Source: Candidatus Hadarchaeota archaeon (GTDB lineage: Archaea > CAYQAE01 > CAYVLA01). Taken from it: DNA of 64,000 nucleotides. The stretch lies in NCBI GenBank assembly GCA_964452145.1, contig CAYVLA010000001.1, positions 1 through 64,000 on the forward strand, read 5' to 3'. The position numbers were made by a program, and so were the translations under genes. The notes beneath the pieces are model-generated. The model was not told the DNA's origin. It did not search any database and saw only the letters and a list, made by a program, of their open reading frames with translations. Shown in pieces: positions 58,259-64,000 of the stretch (positions within the stretch are counted from its first letter, which is position 1; each line of letters starts with the position of its first letter).

Positions 58259-60177
58259 TGTCCGATCGGCTCTGGCCTCTTTGGCCCACCAGACCGATGC
58301 TCGCCCAGGTTCGTAGGAACCCCTTCAAAGATCCAAACTGGGTCTTCGAGGTGAAATGGGACGGGGTGAGGTGTCTTCTGCATCTGTCGCCCAGAGGTGT
58401 CAGGCTTCAATCAAGGAACCTCAGGGACATTTCCGGCACATATCCGGAGTTGCTCGACGTTTCCTCGGCCGTGGATGCCAGATCCGCCGTTATGGACGGA
58501 GAGATCGTGGCCTTGGACAGCAGGGGGCGATCTTCCTTTCGTCTGCTGCAGAACAGGATCAACCTGAGCTCCGAACTCGACGTATCGAGGGCCGCAGCGA
58601 GGACCCCGGTGGTCTTCTATGCTTTCGATCTCCTCCATCTGGATGGCAGGACGCTGATGTCAGACCGGCTCGAGAACCGGAAATCGCAACTTGAGAGAAT
58701 ACTCCTTCCGTCGCCTAGGCTCAGATACTCCGACCACATCGACGAGGATGGCACTGCGTTCTACGAAGCCTCCAGGGAAATGGGCACGGAAGGCGTGGTG
58801 GGAAAGAGGCTTGGGAGCAGGTACCTGCCAGGGGCTAGGTCTAGTGACTGGGTTAAGATAAGGGTGGAAGAAAGGGATGACTTCGTCGTCGGGGGATGGA
58901 CTCCCGGGAAGCACGGTAGAAGCAGGTACTTCGGTTCCCTCCTTCTGGGGCAGTACAGAGGCGGCAAGCTCTGCTACGCGGGGAAGGTGGGAACAGGGTT
59001 CGACTCCGCGCTGCTTTCATCTCTCCGCAGAGAACTGGATGTGCTGGAGATCGACGAAATGCCCTTCGATCGTGACCCCGGCGAGCCTGGTTCCCACTGG
59101 GTCAGGCCCGAGCTTGTCTGCGAAGTCAGGTTCGCCGACCGTCTCGACAGAGCAATGAGGTTCCCCGTCCTCCTTGGTCTGCGACCGGACAAGAGCCCAA
59201 GGGAGGTCGTCTGCGGGCAAGCCCCATTGAAAGAGGGGATGCAGAAAAGTACAACAAGCATCGGTAGGGTGTCCTTGTCCAAACCCGACAAGCTCTTCTG
59301 GCCTCAGCGAGGATACACCAAGGCCGATCTCTTCAACTACTACCTGAGTGTGGCCGAGTACCTAATCCCACACATAAGGGACAGGCCCTTGACGTTGTAC
59401 AGACAACCCGATGGAATAGCGGGCAAGAGTTTCTTTCAGAGGAATCGACCCTCCTTTGCGCCAGAGTGGGTCAGATCAAAGGAGATTGTCGGAGAGAACG
59501 GCGCGAGGATAAACTCCATACAGTGCCGAGATTCTGAGACACTTGCCTGGCTGGTCAACATGGGTTGCATCGAGCTTCACCCATGGCTATCGAGAATGGA
59601 CGAGCCCGGCTCACCAGATTTCATCGTGTTCGACCTTGATCCAGTTCATCCGGCGGGGTTCGGCGAGGCTTGTCGCGTCGCCCTCGTTCTTCGCGACGTG
59701 CTCTTGGGCGCCGGCTTCCGTACCTATGTGAAGACCTCTGGAAAGCGTGGTTTGCACGTATACCTGCCGATCAAGCGGGGGCTCACCTATGCTCAGACCC
59801 GCTCGTTTGCTGCCGAGATCGGTGGCCACATGTCATCCAAGATGGGTGCGCTCTTCACCATGAGCCGCAGGCGCAGAGAGAAGGCAGGAAGGGTCTTCTT
59901 CGATCCTGCCCAGAATGGCTGGGGCAGGACCCTCGCCGCCCCCTACAGCGTCAGGTCGACGCCCGAGGCAACCGTTTCGACCCCGATCACCTGGGAGGAG
60001 TGTGAGACCTGCGTTGATCCCGCGACCTTCCATCTCGGCAGCATCTCCCGGCGCCTCGCAACGCTTGGCGATGTGTGGGGAGACCTCTTCAACGATGCCC
60101 AAGATGTCCATGGAATCCTAGGGTCAAGGTCATTGGACCAGGATTCGCCACCGTCCAGGGGAATTGATCGCCATTGA
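58255..60177 (+). CDS. ligD: LigD-like ATP-dependent DNA ligase-primase/polymerase fusion
   Basis: Ligase motifs EVKWDG, DGEIV, AFDLL, EGVVGK, WVKI. POL motifs KPDKLFWP, FDLDP, KTSGKRGLH, APYSVR. Confidence 0.92.
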   Translation: MMSDRLWPLWPTRPMLAQVRRNPFKDPNWVFEVKWDGVRCLLHLSPRGVRLQSRNLRDISGTYPELLDVSSAVDARSAVMDGEIVALDSRGRSSFRLLQNRINLSSELDVSRAAARTPVVFYAFDLLHLDGRTLMSDRLENRKSQLERILLPSPRLRYSDHIDEDGTAFYEASREMGTEGVVGKRLGSRYLPGARSSDWVKIRVEERDDFVVGGWTPGKHGRSRYFGSLLLGQYRGGKLCYAGKVGTGFDSALLSSLRRELDVLEIDEMPFDRDPGEPGSHWVRPELVCEVRFADRLDRAMRFPVLLGLRPDKSPREVVCGQAPLKEGMQKSTTSIGRVSLSKPDKLFWPQRGYTKADLFNYYLSVAEYLIPHIRDRPLTLYRQPDGIAGKSFFQRNRPSFAPEWVRSKEIVGENGARINSIQCRDSETLAWLVNMGCIELHPWLSRMDEPGSPDFIVFDLDPVHPAGFGEACRVALVLRDVLLGAGFRTYVKTSGKRGLHVYLPIKRGLTYAQTRSFAAEIGGHMSSKMGALFTMSRRRREKAGRVFFDPAQNGWGRTLAAPYSVRSTPEATVSTPITWEECETCVDPATFHLGSISRRLATLGDVWGDLFNDAQDVHGILGSRSLDQDSPPSRGIDRH

Positions 60178-60294
60178 GGTCACCACACGACTGAAGGCCT
60201 GGAGCACGAGTACGCACCAGCCGCAAGCATTTCTCTGCGCGCTTGATCCATTCGGTCAGAACAATTCAAGAAGGAGCACCGCGGAGGAACAGTC

Positions 60295-60987
60295 ATGACA
60301 TGTCGTCTCGATGGCGTTGCAGGCCTAGTCTTCGATCTGGATGGAACGTTGGTGGAGTCGTACTCTGCCCATATCAAGTCGTGGAGCCGCGCCGTGGCGT
60401 TCTTCGGGGTCGAAGCAGACGAGCAGATGATCAGGCCCCACCTGGGCAGATCCAGCGGGGATATAGCTCGGGCCCTGCTCGGTAACAGGCCACGCTCCGA
60501 GATCGAGGATGCCTACCGTCTGAAGGACCAAATCTACTACGAGATAATCCCCCAAGAGTTGAGGCCTGTGGACGGAGCTGTCGTGACGTTGATGGATCTG
60601 AGGAGGAGGGGCTATCGCATTTCCATCGCGTCCTCGAACCCCGCCACTGTAATCACCAGAAGCCTGAGGACAGTGGGGCTGGATGTGGCAACCGATCACA
60701 TAGCGAGTCAGGACGAGGTGAACAGGGGCAAACCCGAGCCCGACCTCTTCCTTCTGGCCGCGAAGAAGATGGGGCTTTCGCCAAGCATGTGCGTCGCGAT
60801 AGGCGACACGACCTATGATGTCTTGGCAGGAAGGGCGGCCGGCATGCCGACCATAGCGTACTGTGGCCGGGTCCAACCCCGATCAGATCTCGTTGAGGCA
60901 CGACCCGGTCATCTCATCTCGGATCTGCGTGAGTTGCTCGATTTGCTTCCGGGTCCTGGTCCCGCGAATCCCGACGGACCCGGTTGA
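60295..60987 (+). CDS. HAD-family phosphatase (beta-PGM-like)
   Basis: FDLDGTL, IASS, GKPEPD, IGDTTYD. Confidence 0.92.
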   Translation: MTCRLDGVAGLVFDLDGTLVESYSAHIKSWSRAVAFFGVEADEQMIRPHLGRSSGDIARALLGNRPRSEIEDAYRLKDQIYYEIIPQELRPVDGAVVTLMDLRRRGYRISIASSNPATVITRSLRTVGLDVATDHIASQDEVNRGKPEPDLFLLAAKKMGLSPSMCVAIGDTTYDVLAGRAAGMPTIAYCGRVQPRSDLVEARPGHLISDLRELLDLLPGPGPANPDGPG

Positions 60988-61033
60988 CACGGCGGTTCTA
61001 CACGGCCCGGTGATGGGCGAACTCCGAGCGGAC

Positions 61034-61603
61034 TCAGAAGAGGGCAGCCATGGCATCTCGTCTGCCCAAGTGATCCAGCAGGACACGCCAGATCATCCGC
61101 GCCTCCGGCACAAACCGATTCTGCCGAAGCATCCGCCGCAGCGTCCGGCGCGCCACGAAGCGGGTCCTCCCGGGATCCACCTCATCGCCGGGCCTCAGAT
61201 CTCTTTCTACCGCTGCGACGAAGCAGTGCGAGGTTTCGAAGGCTTCCTCGGAGTAATACGGCTCGCCGAAAGCCTTCATGAGAGGCGAATCCCTCATCAG
61301 GACCGACACCCCAACCTCTTCTCTGAGTTCACGCAAGGCCTCGCTGAGGAGAGCCTTCTCTCGATCGAAGAGGAGCCCGAAACTGAAGGGGACATGCCCG
61401 GAGGCGGAGTCCGTGTAACAACCTGGATAGGTCCCTCGATCCGCAGCCCGGTTCTGAACGAGAAACTCGCCTTCCCGGGTGAAGGCAAACACCCTCACCA
61501 CTAGGTGGTGTATCCCCTTCTCATGAGCCTTCTTCCGCTCAAGGGGATAGAGGGCCCCGTTGGGGCCCACGCAGGCGAGGAGTTCTCCGAAGTCGCGACC
61601 CAC
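61034..61603 (-). CDS. NUDIX hydrolase (IDI1-like fold)
   Basis: AHEKGIHH, SASGHV, ALRELREEVG. Confidence 0.8.
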   Translation of the reverse strand: MGRDFGELLACVGPNGALYPLERKKAHEKGIHHLVVRVFAFTREGEFLVQNRAADRGTYPGCYTDSASGHVPFSFGLLFDREKALLSEALRELREEVGVSVLMRDSPLMKAFGEPYYSEEAFETSHCFVAAVERDLRPGDEVDPGRTRFVARRTLRRMLRQNRFVPEARMIWRVLLDHLGRRDAMAALF

Positions 61604-61621
61604 CTTGCTCCGCCCGCGCGC

Positions 61622-62437
61622 CTATAAGGTCATGATCTTGGCCAGGCTGGACGCTGTGTCGTAGATCATCTTCGTGGGGAAGAGCTTGAAGGCCCCAAGT
61701 TCGGCCACCAAGTAGCCATCGTAGTTCACACTCCTCAGAGCCTTCATGACCGCTGCCCAGTTCACATCTCCCTGTAACAGATACGTGAAACCGGTTATGT
61801 TCCCTATCTTGGTCGAGAAATCCTTCACATGGACGCAGGACAGGTAGTCGCCCAAGATCTGAATCCAATCCTGAGGATAGCCCGAGATGAGTACATTGCC
61901 GGCATCGAAGTATGCCTTGACATAGTCGCTGCCAATCTCCTCCAGGTAACGTCTGAACTCCAGCGGACTTAGAAGGAACTTGTTCCAAACGTTCTCGACG
62001 CCGATGCTCACCCCCAAGTCCTCCGCCTTGGCCGCCAGACGCCTGATGGACTCCTGGGATCGGTCGTAGGCTTGTCGATAGCCGACCTCTTCGGTTACGA
62101 CGCCTGGGACGACGAGGATCGTCTTGGCCCCTAGGATTGCAGCAACCTCCAAGCTCCTCTCAACGCAGGCCACGCCCTTCTCGTGGACGACCCTATCGGG
62201 GGACGAAAGCGGGTACCTCCACCCAAGGCCACTGGCCAGACTGGGCGCATCAAGCCCGTGACTCTCGATGCTGTTCCTGTAGCCCTTTATCGTCTTCTCA
62301 GGGGTGTCGAGCGACAGCATGCCGTCCTCTGATATGGCCAATTCGATGCCGTCGAAACCCGCATCCTTGGTCACCCTGAGCACTTCATCCAGCTTCAGGT
62401 CCGCCGGGAATCCCCAGATATTCATGGCCTTCCTCAT
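61622..62437 (-). CDS. Sugar-phosphate isomerase/epimerase (AP-endonuclease-2 TIM barrel)
   Basis: GFDGIEL, IGVENVWNKFL, YFDAGN, VHVKD, YLVAE. Confidence 0.9.
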   Translation of the reverse strand: MRKAMNIWGFPADLKLDEVLRVTKDAGFDGIELAISEDGMLSLDTPEKTIKGYRNSIESHGLDAPSLASGLGWRYPLSSPDRVVHEKGVACVERSLEVAAILGAKTILVVPGVVTEEVGYRQAYDRSQESIRRLAAKAEDLGVSIGVENVWNKFLLSPLEFRRYLEEIGSDYVKAYFDAGNVLISGYPQDWIQILGDYLSCVHVKDFSTKIGNITGFTYLLQGDVNWAAVMKALRSVNYDGYLVAELGAFKLFPTKMIYDTASSLAKIMTL

Positions 62438-62553
62438 GCTTGGAGCCTCCGACGCCCAGACGCGTGGCCCTTTGAAATGTTTATTGCAGCATCCAGCCAG
62501 CCTGCCTCCTGACTGCGGGGAGTCCCTGCAGCCCAGAAGAAGCAATCCCGGGG

Positions 62554-64000
62554 CTAGGTCAAACCCTTCGCCGCGGCGAGCCTCCGACTGATCAGCTGGT
62601 TAGTGGTGGCTGGGTCGGCCCTTCCCCCAGTCCTCTTCATAACTTGTCCGACAAGATGGTTTCTAGCCTTCTCCTGAACCAGAGCATCCCTTACTGCTTC
62701 CGGGGATTCGCGGAAGACCTCGTCCACCACCTCCTCAAGGGCACAGGGGTCGCTTATCCGAGTCAGCCTGCTGGCAGCGACAATATCCCTTGGGTCATTG
62801 CCCGTTCTAAGCATCTCTTTCATCACCGTCTTGGCGATCTTGACGCTGATGGTCTTGTCGTCGATCAACCTAATCATATCAACGATGTGGGTCGGCTGGA
62901 TCTTCAGATCGTCGACATCCAGGCCTGCCTCGTTGAGGAAGCCCAACAGATCGGTCATCAACCAGTTGGATATCTTCTTGGGCTGATCGTAGAGGGCAAG
63001 GCAGCACTCATAGAAGTCGGCGAGCTTCTTGCTGGCCGTGAGGACCCCCGCATCGTACCCCGGTAGGCCATATTCCGAGATGAACCGATCGGCTCTGGAA
63101 TCCGGAAGCTCGGGCATCCTTTGCCTCACGCCGTCAACAAGCTTCGCATCGATACGTATGGGCATAAGGTCGGGGTCCCTGAAGTATCGATAGTCCTCCA
63201 CCGTTTCCTTTGATCGCAGTGAGACGGTGATCTTCCTGATCTCGTCGAAATGTCGCGTCTCCCGCCCGACCGTGATCCCCCGCCTGACAAGGCTTCTCTG
63301 TCTGCTGACTTCGAAGCTCAGCGCCTTCTGCACCGCCTTGAAGCTGGTGATATTCTTGATTTCTACGCTCTTTCCTCCGGCAATCGATATGTTGGCGTCG
63401 AACCTCATGGACCCCTCCAAACTGCCGTCGGTGACACCGAGGTGCTCGACGATGCTGCGAAGCTTTTGGGCAAAGAGCCTAGCTTCCTTCGGCGAGGAAA
63501 TGTCGGGGGCGGTGACGATCTCACACAGGGCTATCCCGCTCCGGTTATAGTCTACACAGGTCTCTGTGGAGGTTGTTATCGACCCTTTGAACACGTTTCT
63601 CCCCGGGTCTTCCTCCAGCTGTATCCTCCATATGCCGACACGCTTTCTCGCTCCGTCTATCTTCAGGGTGAGATATCCGTCACGGGCCAGGGTCTTGGAT
63701 CCATCGGGGGCCTCGTACATGGAGATCTGGTAGTTCTTGGGGAGGTCAACGTATGTGTAGTTCTTTCGATAGAACGAGCAGTTATCCGCAATGTGGCAGT
63801 TCAGAGCATTGGCTATCATCAGGGCCAGTTCGAAAGCTTTCTCGTTCGGGACCGGCAGGGACCCGGGCAGGCCAAGGCAGACCGGACACACGCTGGTGTT
63901 GGGTTCCAAGTTCCTGTAGTCAGACGAACAGGCACAGAACAACTTGGTCTTCAGCTTCGTGAGTTGTACGTGGCATTCGAGACCTATCTTGGCGCCATTG
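62554..64000 (-). CDS. gatB: Asp/Glu-tRNA amidotransferase subunit B (5' end runs off the window)
   Basis: The frame stays open to the edge (KIGLECHVQL..KTKLFC). CPVCLGLPG, YRKNY.Y.DLPK, QLEED, NRSG, VEIKN. Confidence 0.97.
   Translation of the reverse strand, partial: NGAKIGLECHVQLTKLKTKLFCACSSDYRNLEPNTSVCPVCLGLPGSLPVPNEKAFELALMIANALNCHIADNCSFYRKNYTYVDLPKNYQISMYEAPDGSKTLARDGYLTLKIDGARKRVGIWRIQLEEDPGRNVFKGSITTSTETCVDYNRSGIALCEIVTAPDISSPKEARLFAQKLRSIVEHLGVTDGSLEGSMRFDANISIAGGKSVEIKNITSFKAVQKALSFEVSRQRSLVRRGITVGRETRHFDEIRKITVSLRSKETVEDYRYFRDPDLMPIRIDAKLVDGVRQRMPELPDSRADRFISEYGLPGYDAGVLTASKKLADFYECCLALYDQPKKISNWLMTDLLGFLNEAGLDVDDLKIQPTHIVDMIRLIDDKTISVKIAKTVMKEMLRTGNDPRDIVAASRLTRISDPCALEEVVDEVFRESPEAVRDALVQEKARNHLVGQVMKRTGGRADPATTNQLISRRLAAAKGLT

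Noticed and set aside
61034..61603. Isopentenyl-diphosphate isomerase type 1 call
   Set aside because: The catalytic Cys motif is replaced by DSASGH, so it is kept as a generic NUDIX.
1..64000. CRISPR arrays, rRNA, transposases and the many long antisense or alternate-frame ORFs
   Set aside because: No periodic repeats or transposase motifs seen by eye. Shadow ORFs are expected from high GC and overlap well-supported genes.

Overview
GC-rich archaeal chromosome segment, probably TACK-related. The assignment is inferred from rps3ae, rps15, tiaS, pcc1, a COG1750 protease and the GatB 'QLTKLKTKLFC' N-terminus. The core region (about 18-35 kb) holds translation and tRNA-modification genes plus tRNA-Leu(CAG). 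At 37-45.7 kb lies a five-gene [NiFe]-hydrogenase operon of HydABCSL/Hox type whose NuoF-like subunit is fused to a GltD/NfnB-like NADPH flavoprotein, followed by ferritin and rubredoxin. Accessory regions carry sugar-catabolic genes (GH2, GH29, two Gfo/Idh/MocA, PfkB, an epimerase) and a LigD-like ligase-polymerase fusion. The main discovery is three uncharacterised paralogous families of membrane-anchored surface proteins (A x4, B x3, C x2; 9 genes, about 9.4 kb). They occur as a complete A-B-C operon at 53.2-56.3 kb and as partial modules interleaved with glycoside hydrolases at 2-11.7 kb. Family A keeps a near-invariant membrane anchor and cytoplasmic tail under a divergent ectodomain. All calls come from reading motifs by eye; no database searches were run, and many start codons are my re-assignments.
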